Positions 9,907 to 19,719 of a stretch of DNA of 64,000 nt are shown piece after piece (the stretch's first letter is position 1; the number at the start of each line of letters is the position of its first letter). Made by a program: the position numbers and the translations under genes. The DNA lies in the IMG/VR virus record IMGVR_UViG_3300012931_000759, positions 276,393-340,392 of that record; one strand, given 5' to 3'. The notes beneath the pieces are model-generated. The model made no database searches and had not been told where the DNA came from. It was given only the letters and a program-made list of their open reading frames with translations.

Positions 9907-10329
9907 ATGGGCAGAAGTAGTCCCAAAAACAGGAGAGAATACAACAGGAAATACTGCCTTGAACACGGCGATGTGATCAGAGCGCAGAAAAAAGAGCATT
10001 ATCTGCTCAACAAAGACAAAATCAAACAAAGCAGAAAAACCGTGCAAGGTCGATACAGCAGTTACAAAGAGAACGCCAAACGGCGCAAAGTGAAGATGGA
10101 GCTTACGTTTGAGCAGTTCGACTGTTTGACCAGCCAGCCCTGTGTGTACTGTGGTGGATGGTCGGAACTTGAACCCGCGCCATACACAGGCCTGGATCGT
10201 ATCGCGAATGATCAAGGATACACCGTGGATAACTGTGTTCCATGTTGCGAGACCCATAATATGATGCGCAAACGGCTGCCCATCATGGCATTCCTGGATG
10301 CTGTCGTTGCCGTATCTGACCGAATGTAG
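9907..10329 (+). CDS. HNH-type (phage/NCLDV-like) endonuclease
   Basis: LTFEQF...PCVYCG...GLDRI...GY...NCVPCCETHN; paralogous to the C-terminus of 33753..34334. Confidence 0.7.
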   Translation: MGRSSPKNRREYNRKYCLEHGDVIRAQKKEHYLLNKDKIKQSRKTVQGRYSSYKENAKRRKVKMELTFEQFDCLTSQPCVYCGGWSELEPAPYTGLDRIANDQGYTVDNCVPCCETHNMMRKRLPIMAFLDAVVAVSDRM

Positions 10330-10340
10330 GAGTAGAGCCA

Positions 10341-11228
10341 ATGCCCAAAGTGGATTTTGCGATGATTGTTTTCAACAGTGATTATGTTCTGCGCGAAAAC
10401 CTTGAGACCATTTATCCATGGGCTAACAGGATCATCATCACCGAGGGTCCGGTCATCCACTACCAGCGGATGGGCTTCACGGGCTCCACGGACGGCACCA
10501 TCGCGACCATCCAGTCGTTCCCGGATCCCGAGAAGAAGATCGTCCTCATCCGAGGCCAATGGCCGGAGAAGGACGAGATGGTTAGCGCGCAGGATGCGCA
10601 CTACACGGGGGACTTCGTCTGGCACGTGGACTGCGACGAGATCTACTGCCCCGAGGACATCGCCAAGGTCTTCGCGTATTTGGATTCGCATCCCGAGTGC
10701 TACTCGATGGGATTCCGACTGCGCTCGTTTTTCGGCGGTTTCGACCGTTACATCAGCGGCTTTGAGGAAAGGTGGGATACCGTCAGGATCCAGCGCATCG
10801 TCCCGGGCGTGTCGCGGTGGAAGAACCACCGCCCGCCCACGATGGTCTGGCCGCCAACCGGCAGAACCTGTAAGGAGATGGGCCACGTCGACTTCATGGC
10901 CACGGATTCGTGGGGTATCCGAATCTACCACTACTGCTCGGTGTTCCCGAAGCAGGTCAAGGCGAAGTCGGACTACTACCGCGCCTGGGGTGGCGACGGC
11001 ATCATCGACCTCTGGGGCCTCTATGTGAATTGGATGCGCGCGCCGGATGACGCTGGTAGGATTGCCGCCGAGCAGCCAACCAAAGGGGTACAGGAGTGGA
11101 TTCCGTCCCGCCGAGGTCCGGCGTTCACCGCGCCGTTCGTCGGCAAACATCCGGAAGCGATCCGGAAGGCCATGGACGCACTGAAGATGCGCATCCGCAG
11201 GGAAGGGGAAGAACTCGGCATCTGGTAA
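10341..11228 (+). CDS. GT2-like glycosyltransferase
   Basis: IIITEG...STDGT, WHVDCDE DxD motif, IYHY. Confidence 0.75.
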   Translation: MPKVDFAMIVFNSDYVLRENLETIYPWANRIIITEGPVIHYQRMGFTGSTDGTIATIQSFPDPEKKIVLIRGQWPEKDEMVSAQDAHYTGDFVWHVDCDEIYCPEDIAKVFAYLDSHPECYSMGFRLRSFFGGFDRYISGFEERWDTVRIQRIVPGVSRWKNHRPPTMVWPPTGRTCKEMGHVDFMATDSWGIRIYHYCSVFPKQVKAKSDYYRAWGGDGIIDLWGLYVNWMRAPDDAGRIAAEQPTKGVQEWIPSRRGPAFTAPFVGKHPEAIRKAMDALKMRIRREGEELGIW

Positions 11229-11238
11229 AGAGGAAAAA

Positions 11239-11466
11239 ATGGACTACAATGACCTGAGAAGCAAGGTGATCTCCAAAGTGGGCAAGGGGAACGCGCAAGA
11301 CATTCTAGAGCAACTACAGCAGTTCGAGCAGCGTGGGCTGCTGGCAAATGGCGTTGACCAGTGTATCGACTCGGTCAAGTTGGCGCCCCCCGTGGCCGGA
11401 GGACGCCGACAAACTCGATCTCTGGGGCAAGGCCGCCTTGGCAGCCGAGATCCGAAAGAATCTTAA
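11239..11466 (+). CDS. Hypothetical protein
   Basis: 75 aa ORF filling the gap, GAGG-type RBS upstream. Confidence 0.45.
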   Translation: MDYNDLRSKVISKVGKGNAQDILEQLQQFEQRGLLANGVDQCIDSVKLAPPVAGGRRQTRSLGQGRLGSRDPKES

Positions 11467-11487
11467 TCGCGTGCTGGGGGTAACGGG

Positions 11488-12429
11488 ATGATCAGAGTCT
11501 TCTCCGACAAGCGGTTCCTGCCGCCGGGCTTCTGTTGCCATATTCTTCTGCCCTTCTGGGACCAACAGAAGGAGGTAGGCGATCCCGACGCCGACAGGTT
11601 CGACCAGTACATCTTGAAGGGCCAAGAGATTTTCCGGATGGAGTCACTGTTCGGGGCGGATCTTGCCGTCTACCCGGCTCCGCCCACGCGGGACCCGAGG
11701 GCCTTCCGGGAGTTCCAGGAGATGACATTCCCGAAACCGCTGGCCGTGTTTTTCAACGACGACTCCGACGAGATCCTGGAGTACCGCGAGGGGACGACAG
11801 TGTTCCGCACCTCGTTCTACCGCTCGACGCGGCGGCCTACGGAGTTCGCAGTGCCCGGCTGGAGCATGGACCATGGAAAATTCATCGAGCGCCCTTGGGC
11901 GCCGATCCCGACCGTCGGCTTCTGCGGCCAAGTGTACCCGCTCGATGTCCGTAAGGTGGCCCTTGATGTCCTGGAGGGTGACCAGAGGATTGCGAAGCGT
12001 TTCATTAGGCGCGGCCAATTCTGGGGTGGCTGGATAGCCAGTGGGCGGCGCAGCGAGGTCGGGAAGCAAGTGAGGAACGAATTCCGGGTAAACATGATGG
12101 ACAGCGACTACATCCTGTGCGCAAGGGGTGGAGGCAACTTCTCCTACAGGATTTACGAGACCATGATGAGCGGGCGGATTCCCCTTCTGGTGGACACGGA
12201 TTGCGTCCTGCCGTACGAGGCCGAGGTGGAGTGGCGCAAGCTATTCCCGACCGTGGACAAGGCGGACATCCCGCAGATCGGGGACGCGCTGCTTGATTAC
12301 CACAACGGCATTGGCCCAAGGCATTTCGAGGAGCGCCAGCGGGAAATGCGACGGCTCTGGGAGGAGTGGATTTCCCCGGTGGGGTTCTTCTCCAACTTCC
12401 ACAAGCACTTCAAAGGAGTATTGGTATGA
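11488..12429 (+). CDS. Exostosin-like (GT47-related) glycosyltransferase
   Basis: SDYILCARGGGNFSYRIYETMMSGRIPL matches the exostosin C-terminal pattern. Confidence 0.75.
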   Translation: MIRVFSDKRFLPPGFCCHILLPFWDQQKEVGDPDADRFDQYILKGQEIFRMESLFGADLAVYPAPPTRDPRAFREFQEMTFPKPLAVFFNDDSDEILEYREGTTVFRTSFYRSTRRPTEFAVPGWSMDHGKFIERPWAPIPTVGFCGQVYPLDVRKVALDVLEGDQRIAKRFIRRGQFWGGWIASGRRSEVGKQVRNEFRVNMMDSDYILCARGGGNFSYRIYETMMSGRIPLLVDTDCVLPYEAEVEWRKLFPTVDKADIPQIGDALLDYHNGIGPRHFEERQREMRRLWEEWISPVGFFSNFHKHFKGVLV

Positions 12430-13094
12430 CTGGCTTCCATGGCAACAAGGTCCTCCAGTGCCTGGTGGACACGGTGATCGTACAGGGCGGCGTCACATCT
12501 TTCGTCGAGACGGGCACGCACTACGCCGCCACGGCGCTACATATGGCTAAACGGCACCCTTCGCTGCCGATCTTCACCTGCGAGATCGACGAAAACTACC
12601 ACGCCGCCAGCCTGGCGACGCTACGGCCGCACGTGAACGCGCACCTTTCGAAAGAATCGTCGGAGAAGTTCATCGCGCGCCTGATCTCCGAGAAGGCGCT
12701 CGGGGACCTGCCGATGTTTTTCCTGGACGCGCACTGGTACGACTACTGGCCGCTGCCGGACGAGGTGGCCGCCATCGCGGCGCTGCCTCGCTTTGTCCTC
12801 CTGGTGGACGACTTCGCGGTGCCGGGGCAGTCGCACTTCGAGACATCCGCCGGCGGCGGCGGAACCATCGGCGAACACAGGACAAAACCGGACACCCGTC
12901 CCTGCGGGATGCCGCTGATCGAGTCGCTGCTTCCGCCGGATTGCGAGGTCGCCTATCCCGCATACGGGAAGCTAGAAGCCTACGGGACATCGAACACGCC
13001 GCACCTTGTGGGATACGTCGTAGTCGCAAGGGGGGTTTCCGGAATCGAAGCCGCCAAGGGCGACAAACTGCACACCTGGGGAGGCATCAGATGA
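12426..13094 (+). CDS. Putative SAM-dependent methyltransferase
   Basis: FVETGT, TCEID, FFLDAHW, LLVDDF; ATGA overlap. Confidence 0.65.
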   Translation: MTGFHGNKVLQCLVDTVIVQGGVTSFVETGTHYAATALHMAKRHPSLPIFTCEIDENYHAASLATLRPHVNAHLSKESSEKFIARLISEKALGDLPMFFLDAHWYDYWPLPDEVAAIAALPRFVLLVDDFAVPGQSHFETSAGGGGTIGEHRTKPDTRPCGMPLIESLLPPDCEVAYPAYGKLEAYGTSNTPHLVGYVVVARGVSGIEAAKGDKLHTWGGIR

Positions 13095-13828
13095 TGATCC
13101 CGGAGCACCTGCCGACCGACGAGGGCGATGAACGCCGCACAGCCGTGGTCGTGGCCAGCTGCTCGCGTTTCGCCCAAGTCTGGATGCCATTTTTCGCGCT
13201 GTTCAAGCGGTACTGGCCGGACTGCCCGTACCGCGTCCTCTTCGTGTCGGACGAAGAGAAGGCGGCGATGCCGGTGATAGAGGGTGTCGAGAACATCTCC
13301 TTTCCGAAGGACTGCGGATGGTGTACCAACATGATCCTCGCGCTTTCGCGGATACAGGACGTGGACCGGATCATCCTGTTCCAGGAGGATTTCCTGGTGA
13401 ACGCGCGAGTCGACACGCACGCTGTGCGCCAATTCGTAAGGTATGCGCACGACAGGGATGTGGGGTGCCTGCGCCTGTGCCCATGCCCAGGACCGAACAG
13501 TAGATGGGAGGTCCCATGGCTCGGTGAACTTGGCCGCGATGTCGAATACCGCGTCTCGCTCCAGCTCGCCATCTGGAAACGCCAGGTCTTCATCGGCCTA
13601 ATGAGGCTTGGCGAGATCCCATGGGCCATCGAGGCGAACGGGGCCGCGAGGTCGGCCGCCGTGGCGGAACCGTTCTTGAGCGTGTGGCGCGAGTCGGACG
13701 ACATGCCGGGCGGTCCGGTGCGGTACTTTATCACGGCCGTCACACGCGGCATGTGGGAACGCGGGGCGTTAGACCTCCTGGAGCGCGAGGGCATTCCCAT
13801 GGACGGAATAACGAGGGTGATTCCATGA
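13091..13828 (+). CDS. Putative glycosyltransferase-like protein
   Basis: VVASC...W.PFF..F.RYWPDCPY, ILFQEDF, SLQLAIW; cluster context. Confidence 0.55.
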   Translation: MMIPEHLPTDEGDERRTAVVVASCSRFAQVWMPFFALFKRYWPDCPYRVLFVSDEEKAAMPVIEGVENISFPKDCGWCTNMILALSRIQDVDRIILFQEDFLVNARVDTHAVRQFVRYAHDRDVGCLRLCPCPGPNSRWEVPWLGELGRDVEYRVSLQLAIWKRQVFIGLMRLGEIPWAIEANGAARSAAVAEPFLSVWRESDDMPGGPVRYFITAVTRGMWERGALDLLEREGIPMDGITRVIP

Positions 13829-14232
13829 TCGACATCGAAAAGATGGCCTGGAGCCTTCCGGGGATCTCGGACGAGCGCGGCAACCTGCGCTGGATCGAGG
13901 GTGGGGCCACAATCCCGTTCGAAATCAGGAGGGTTTTCTACATGGCCGACGTGCCCTACATGGCAATGCGCGGTGGTCATGCCCACATAGCCGCCCACCA
14001 GTTCATTGTGTCGCTAGTCGGCGGATTCGATGTTGTATTGGACGACGGGAGCAGCCAAAAACAGACGAGGCTTAATCATCTTGGGGTTGGACTCTATGTC
14101 CCACCGATGACCTGGTGCGAGATCACTCGTTTCGACCATGGCAGTATCTGCCTTGTGCTGACATCCGAGCACTATAACGAAGCGGATTACATCAGAGATC
14201 GCACCATGTTCCTGGAAAAGGTGAAGCAATGA
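13825..14232 (+). CDS. fdtA: FdtA/QdtA-family cupin dTDP-6-deoxy-3,4-keto-hexulose isomerase
   Basis: DERGNL, IPFEIRRVFY, RGGHAH, GLYVPPMTW, YNEADYIRD. Confidence 0.85.
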   Translation: MIDIEKMAWSLPGISDERGNLRWIEGGATIPFEIRRVFYMADVPYMAMRGGHAHIAAHQFIVSLVGGFDVVLDDGSSQKQTRLNHLGVGLYVPPMTWCEITRFDHGSICLVLTSEHYNEADYIRDRTMFLEKVKQ

Positions 14233-15317
14233 ACGTTCCGTTCCTGAACCTGGACCGCGAGGCCCAGATGCTCATCGGCCTCGGCCTAATGGCCGACATC
14301 GAGGAGGTCATCCGGTCCGGGCGGTTCCTGTTCGGTCCGAAAGCCGCCGAACTCGAGATCCGGCTGTCCGAGATGTTCGGGCGGGAGGTAGTGCTGGTGG
14401 GCAGTGGCACGGACGCCTTGGCCCTTTCCCTGAAGGCTGTCGGCGTGGGTCCGGGCGATCTGGTGGCCGTGCCGGCTATCTCCGCCATCCCCACGGCTGT
14501 CGCCATTCATATGGTCGGGGCCGAGCCGCTCTACATCGACGTGGATGGCGGATTCACCATGGATCCGCGCAAGCTGGAGAAGATGGCGAACCACCCGCGC
14601 CTGAAAGCCGTCGTTCCGGTCCACCTGTACGGGAATCCCGCCGACATCGGCAGGATCCGTGTAATCTGCTGTGCCAACCGCCTGATCCTGGTCGAAGATT
14701 GCGCCCAGAGCCTTGGGGCCTACAGCCATGATCTGCCCTTGGGGACGCTGGGTTCGGCCGGAGCGTTGAGTTTCTACCCGACCAAGAACCTCGGCTGCAT
14801 GGGTGACGGCGGCGCGGTGGTCGCGTGCGACGCCAACATGGCCAAGGCGATCCGGGAGCTGCGCTTCTACGGCCAGGAGACGAGCCACAAAATGGGGCGC
14901 TTCATCGGCATGAACAGCCGCATGGATGAGATCCAGTGCGCCATCCTGCTGAGGAAGCTCCAGCTTCTGCTGGCCCAGTTCGGCCGCAGGCGGGAGATGA
15001 AGGTAATGTACGACGCCGCCATGGCTGAGACCCGGTTCTGGACACCGGCATGGCGCGAGGGGGCGATGCCCCACCTGTACCCGATCATGGCCGAGGATCG
15101 CGCGAAAACGATCGCGGCCTTGGCCGAGAGGGGCGTCGGGACGGCGATCCACTACCCGTTCCACCTGATGGAGGCCGTGGAGGGGGCGCCCGGCGCGGGC
15201 GAGCTTTCGCAGGCCAAGATGTACGTGGGCAAGGTGATCTCGCTGCCATTCAACCCATGGATGACGGACGACGAGATAAAGCATGTCCTACAGTCGGTCA
15301 AGGAGGTGGGGGAGTGA
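14229..15317 (+). CDS. DegT/DnrJ/EryC1/StrS PLP-dependent sugar aminotransferase (FdtB-like)
   Basis: SGTDAL, PVHLYG, EDCAQS, SFYPTKNLGCMGDGG, GMNSRMDEIQ. Confidence 0.92.
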   Translation: MNVPFLNLDREAQMLIGLGLMADIEEVIRSGRFLFGPKAAELEIRLSEMFGREVVLVGSGTDALALSLKAVGVGPGDLVAVPAISAIPTAVAIHMVGAEPLYIDVDGGFTMDPRKLEKMANHPRLKAVVPVHLYGNPADIGRIRVICCANRLILVEDCAQSLGAYSHDLPLGTLGSAGALSFYPTKNLGCMGDGGAVVACDANMAKAIRELRFYGQETSHKMGRFIGMNSRMDEIQCAILLRKLQLLLAQFGRRREMKVMYDAAMAETRFWTPAWREGAMPHLYPIMAEDRAKTIAALAERGVGTAIHYPFHLMEAVEGAPGAGELSQAKMYVGKVISLPFNPWMTDDEIKHVLQSVKEVGE

Positions 15318-16030
15318 TGTACTATGTGTACGAACTTGTGGATCCCAGAAACGGCAAAGTGTTCTATGTAGGGAAAGGAAGCAAGAGTAGAGCAACTGAT
15401 CACCAGCGCTATGTGGTAACGGAGAACAAGGAATACAAAGAACAAAACCCAAAAAGATTCAATAAGATAGCAAGCATACTCCGCTGTGGCCTTTCCGTTG
15501 AAGTAAGAATAGTACAGCGCTTTGATAACGAGGATGAAGCATATACCTTTGAAGAACAAAGGGTAGAGCACTACGGTCTAGCGAACCTTTGTAATCTTAT
15601 GAAAGGTGGAAAAGCCGGTCCGGTCCTATTTGGCGAGAAAAATCCGATGTTTGGAAAGCAAAGACCGGATTACAGCAACATCCTAAAACAACGAAACTCG
15701 GAGAACAATCCAGCCAAACGACCGGAAGTGCGCGAGAAAATGAGAAATAGTTGGAACGCTGATAGACGAAAAAGATTCGGACACGAAGTCAGTGAAAGGA
15801 TGCGGGGGCAAAGTAACCCTGCTCATCAGTCTGGCGTGAGACAGAAGATGAGTGAGCGCATGCGTACGCATCATCCCAGTGCCAAAATCACGGCTGATCA
15901 GGTACGGGAAATTCGGCGCAAGCATCTGGAGGAAAATATCTCGCAGCAGGATTTGGCCGTTGAATATGGCCTAAGTAAATCGGCTGTTTGTAACATCATC
16001 AATCGCAAACGATGGGGACATGTCCAATGA
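15317..16030 (+). CDS. Free-standing GIY-YIG (LEM-3-like) homing endonuclease with C-terminal HTH
   Basis: YYVYELVDPR..FYVGKG..R, EAY..E, LCN..GG, NPMFGK; AT-richer than its neighbours. Confidence 0.8.
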   Translation: MYYVYELVDPRNGKVFYVGKGSKSRATDHQRYVVTENKEYKEQNPKRFNKIASILRCGLSVEVRIVQRFDNEDEAYTFEEQRVEHYGLANLCNLMKGGKAGPVLFGEKNPMFGKQRPDYSNILKQRNSENNPAKRPEVREKMRNSWNADRRKRFGHEVSERMRGQSNPAHQSGVRQKMSERMRTHHPSAKITADQVREIRRKHLEENISQQDLAVEYGLSKSAVCNIINRKRWGHVQ

Positions 16031-16965
16031 GACTCCTAGTGACTGGAAATTGTGGTTTCATCGGACAGAGTTTTGTCCGGATGTACAAGGACAAACACGA
16101 AATCGTGGGCATCGATGCGAAACTCTATGCCCACGATTGGCGGGCAGCTTTGCTTTGTCCAACTATGTTTGGGGATATAGCGGATCCTACCCATCTTGAT
16201 GATCTTTTTAAGTATTATGGCCATTTTGACGCCATTGTGAATTTTGGTGCTGAGAGCCATGTGGACAACAGCATCAAGTCACCAGAACCATTCATACATA
16301 GCAACTTCATGGGTGTGTTTCGCTTGCTTGAGTTTTCCAGGAAATACCGAGTTGGAAGGCTGGTACAGATATCTACGGACGAGGTGTACGGGGATCTGAT
16401 GCCAGGCGATCCGCCGTTCTCCAACCTCCATGAACTGAAACCTAGTTCTCCGTATTCGGCCTCCAAGGCGGCTGCCGACATGCTGGTTTTGTCGTATGGC
16501 AGGACTTACGGAATGGATGTAGTTATAACCCGTTCATCAAATTGTTTTGGTCCATACCAATACAAAGAAAAGTTTCTCCCAGTTGTGATTCTGAACGCCC
16601 TAAGGAACCACACAATACCAGTGTATGGAACTGGTACAAACCAACGAGAGTGGACCTATACGGATGACAACTGCCGCGGGATCATGGCCGCGCTGGAGCG
16701 CGGCAAGCCGATGGGCATCTACAACCTCGGCAGCGGGACGGAAGCCAGAAACATCGATATGGTTGGCAAGATCCTGGACATGATGGGTAAACCGCAGTCG
16801 CTTATCAAATTCATCGAGGATAGGAAAGGTCATGACTTCAGGTACTTCCTCGACTCATCATTGGCGGCAGCTGAACTTGGATGGCAAGCCTCGACACCGC
16901 TGGACTACGGTCTACAGCAAACGATCGACTGGTTCGCCGCGAATCCGACATATTGGGATGCCTAA
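16027..16965 (+). CDS. rmlB: dTDP-glucose 4,6-dehydratase
   Basis: VTGNCGFIG, AESHVDNSI, STDEVYG, PYSASKA, DRKGHDFRY. Confidence 0.95.
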   Translation: MRLLVTGNCGFIGQSFVRMYKDKHEIVGIDAKLYAHDWRAALLCPTMFGDIADPTHLDDLFKYYGHFDAIVNFGAESHVDNSIKSPEPFIHSNFMGVFRLLEFSRKYRVGRLVQISTDEVYGDLMPGDPPFSNLHELKPSSPYSASKAAADMLVLSYGRTYGMDVVITRSSNCFGPYQYKEKFLPVVILNALRNHTIPVYGTGTNQREWTYTDDNCRGIMAALERGKPMGIYNLGSGTEARNIDMVGKILDMMGKPQSLIKFIEDRKGHDFRYFLDSSLAAAELGWQASTPLDYGLQQTIDWFAANPTYWDA

Positions 16966-18089
16966 TGGAAAATACAGGCGCAAGATACTATGTGTACGAG
17001 CTTACCGATCCAAGGGATGGATCCATATTCTATGTCGGTAAAGGCAGCGGCAGGAGGATTCACATACATGCGCTCTCCGTGAAAAGACAGGACAGTAGGT
17101 ACAAAAGGCATAATCCAAAGCTATTCAATAAGATATCGTCGATACTCTCCGATGGGGAAACTGTTGTAGAGATGATTGTTAGACGCTTTCATGACGAGGA
17201 TGAAGCCTATGTCTTCGAGACTAGAAGGATATTAGATATTGGTCTCAACAATCTCTGTAATATCCTTCCTGGAGGCAAAGGTGGTCCTTCTGGAGATGAC
17301 AATCCCTCAAAAAGACCAGAATTTAGGGAATTTATGCGTTCACTATGGAAGAACGAAGCATATAGATGCCAAATTACCGAGGCTTTGAGCAGGTTTTGGA
17401 ATGATCCGGACAATAAAAAAATGATGTCCGAAAGGCTCAAAGCGATATGGACAGAGGAAATGAGATTGGCGTGGAGTGCGGCAATGTCAGCTATGTGGGA
17501 TCGTCTCCCGGAGAGAAGAGCTGAATTAGCCATCCGAATGAGAGAAAACAATCCCTCACAGACCGATGAGGTCCGGCGCAAATTAAGCATAGCATGGACG
17601 GACGACAGGCGTGAAAAGTTCAGGGCAAAGATATCCGGTCTACACCATCGCTCAAAGACGCCGGAGACCAGGGCAAAAATAAAAGCTTCCTGGACAGAGC
17701 AGAAGAGGCGCAACTTGTCGGAGAGGATCAGGGCAACATGGACAGAGGAGAGGCGGGCTGCGCTCGGTAACAGGTTTCGCGGAACAACTGGTCCTAAAAG
17801 GAAAATCTCTGTCAATGATTCCTTAAGAATAAAGGATATGTATGCCTCTGGTATAAGCAGGAAAATCCTAGCATCCACATTTGACGTTAGCGTAACCACA
17901 ATACATAAAGTCATACATGGCAATTTCACAGACAAACCCTCGCGGATTTCAATAGATGCGTCAAATATCGGCGCCATACAAGAGATGAGAGAAAATGGAG
18001 CCTCGTATAGGGAAATAGCCTTGGAATTCGGCACAAGTGTAGGAGCGGTAAGAAATTTCCTCAAACGTCATTTTGGAGGCATAATATGA
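16965..18089 (+). CDS. Free-standing GIY-YIG homing endonuclease with NUMOD3-like W-repeats and HTH domains
   Basis: YYVYELTDPRDGSIFYVGKG; repeated (A/S)WTEE.R units; ASYREIALEFG HTH. Confidence 0.8.
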   Translation: MENTGARYYVYELTDPRDGSIFYVGKGSGRRIHIHALSVKRQDSRYKRHNPKLFNKISSILSDGETVVEMIVRRFHDEDEAYVFETRRILDIGLNNLCNILPGGKGGPSGDDNPSKRPEFREFMRSLWKNEAYRCQITEALSRFWNDPDNKKMMSERLKAIWTEEMRLAWSAAMSAMWDRLPERRAELAIRMRENNPSQTDEVRRKLSIAWTDDRREKFRAKISGLHHRSKTPETRAKIKASWTEQKRRNLSERIRATWTEERRAALGNRFRGTTGPKRKISVNDSLRIKDMYASGISRKILASTFDVSVTTIHKVIHGNFTDKPSRISIDASNIGAIQEMRENGASYREIALEFGTSVGAVRNFLKRHFGGII

Positions 18090-18847
18090 AGGGAATAGTT
18101 CTTGCTGGGGGCACAGGTTTGCGTTTGGGACCCTTGTCAAAGGTGACAAATAAGCACCTCCTTCCTGTCGGACCGGTTCCAATGCTATTTCATCCAATCA
18201 GCCAATTCCTCGAAAATGGTATCGAGGAAATCTGTGTAGTTTCAGGACTGTTTCACCTAGGATCTGTTGTGGAACTTCTTGGAAGTGGCAGCCGATACAG
18301 ATGCCAATTCACATACAAGGTCCAGGACGAGGCTGGAGGCATTGCTGAAGCCTTGCTACTTTGCCAAGATTTTGCGGGCGACAGCGATATTGCGGTTATT
18401 CTCGGTGACAATATTTTCGGGGAATTGTTGGATTTCAATAGATCAGTTAAAGGAGGCGTCCTATACCTGAAAGAGGTTCCTGATCCTCACAGATTCGGCG
18501 TAGCGGAAGTCGACCACCTAAAGCGCCTGGTTGATATAGAGGAAAAGCCAGAGAATCCCAAAAGCAATCTTGCTATTACTGGAGCTTACCTATATTCGCC
18601 AGCTGTCTGGGAATTAGCTGGGCAAATTAGTAGGTCGGCGCGGGGCGAACTTGAAATTACGGATATCAATAAGGCATTGATTTGTAAAGGTATTGTCGAC
18701 ACATTTGAAATGGGAGGATGGTGGTCGGATGCTGGAACGCAAGAGTCGTTTCGCAAGGCCAACCAGGAGGTGTGGGACAACCTATGCCCACGGCTCATGG
18801 ACAGGATTTTGGGCATGTCGAAGGCATGTCGGGAGGAAAAGCGATGA
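18086..18847 (+). CDS. rmlA: Glucose-1-phosphate thymidylyltransferase (short SpsI-like form)
   Basis: GIVLAGGTGLRL, NKHLLPV, LGDNIF, EEKP, SARGELEITD, WSDAGT. Confidence 0.93.
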   Translation: MKGIVLAGGTGLRLGPLSKVTNKHLLPVGPVPMLFHPISQFLENGIEEICVVSGLFHLGSVVELLGSGSRYRCQFTYKVQDEAGGIAEALLLCQDFAGDSDIAVILGDNIFGELLDFNRSVKGGVLYLKEVPDPHRFGVAEVDHLKRLVDIEEKPENPKSNLAITGAYLYSPAVWELAGQISRSARGELEITDINKALICKGIVDTFEMGGWWSDAGTQESFRKANQEVWDNLCPRLMDRILGMSKACREEKR

Positions 18848-19719
18848 AAGTATCGGTGGTTATATCCGCATGCGACAACAGGGTCCACCTGTTTGAACGG
18901 GCTCTAGACACCTGGGCGTCCCAGACAATGCCCAAGGATGAGTTCGAACTGTTGGTTGTAGACGACGCAGAACGCGAAAGCCTCCGCCAGCTGTGCCAAA
19001 CTAAGGGTCCTGCCTGTGGGCTAAATATACGGTTCATTAGGATCGACAAGTCCAGGAGTGTGATCCCGGTAAAAAGCTTCATTCCGGTGCTGACGAACAA
19101 CGTGGGTTTCCGCAAGGCGGCTGGGGAAGTTGTAGTCGTGACCGGCCCGGAGACGCTACAAGCATCCACCAACATGGAGATGGCCTGGACTATGCGCGAT
19201 AGAACCGAATGTGCCTATGGCCTCGTTTTCCGGGCGAACGCGTCCGCGACAGACTATATCGCTAAGGGATGGGACCGACTGAGGCGCCTTCCGATAGAGC
19301 ACCTTCTCCAGATCCCCGGGGCGAAGGACAACTGCGTCACGATGTCACCTCACCCACCGGCCTATTGGTACTTTATGAGCGTTGCTAAAAAATATGTCGA
19401 GCAGATAGGTGGAGTTGATGAACGATTTCTTGGTGGCCTCTGTGCAGAGGACGACGACTTCTCCAATCGCATGAGGATGGCCGGAGTTGAGCCTGTGTTC
19501 GAGCACAGAATTGTGGGGATCCACCAGGATCACTCAAGAGAAGACCACAACGACGGCGTCCACATCAACCGGCGCGAAGGTCTAGGGTACAACCTCTGGG
19601 TTCATAATTTCAGTCTAATGCAGGACAACTTGGTCAAAGGGGATCCAGTTGCGAACCAAGGGTATGATTGGGGAAGCTCTGACTTGACCATCATCGACGA
19701 GACGTACGGAGGCCGATGA
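18844..19719 (+). CDS. GT2 glycosyltransferase
   Basis: VSVVI, FELLVVDD, IGGVDERF..AEDDDF. Confidence 0.85.
   Translation: MKVSVVISACDNRVHLFERALDTWASQTMPKDEFELLVVDDAERESLRQLCQTKGPACGLNIRFIRIDKSRSVIPVKSFIPVLTNNVGFRKAAGEVVVVTGPETLQASTNMEMAWTMRDRTECAYGLVFRANASATDYIAKGWDRLRRLPIEHLLQIPGAKDNCVTMSPHPPAYWYFMSVAKKYVEQIGGVDERFLGGLCAEDDDFSNRMRMAGVEPVFEHRIVGIHQDHSREDHNDGVHINRREGLGYNLWVHNFSLMQDNLVKGDPVANQGYDWGSSDLTIIDETYGGR

Noticed and set aside
14286-15284. Long minus-strand ORFs (also 10212-11150, 13087-13998, 17207-18064, 32616-33542, 59432-60496)
   Set aside because: They are antisense shadows of well-supported + strand genes, with no recognisable motifs.
15317-18089. Group I introns housing the GIY-YIG genes
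   Set aside because: Flanking genes are complete and overlap the endonuclease ORFs, leaving no room for intron RNA.
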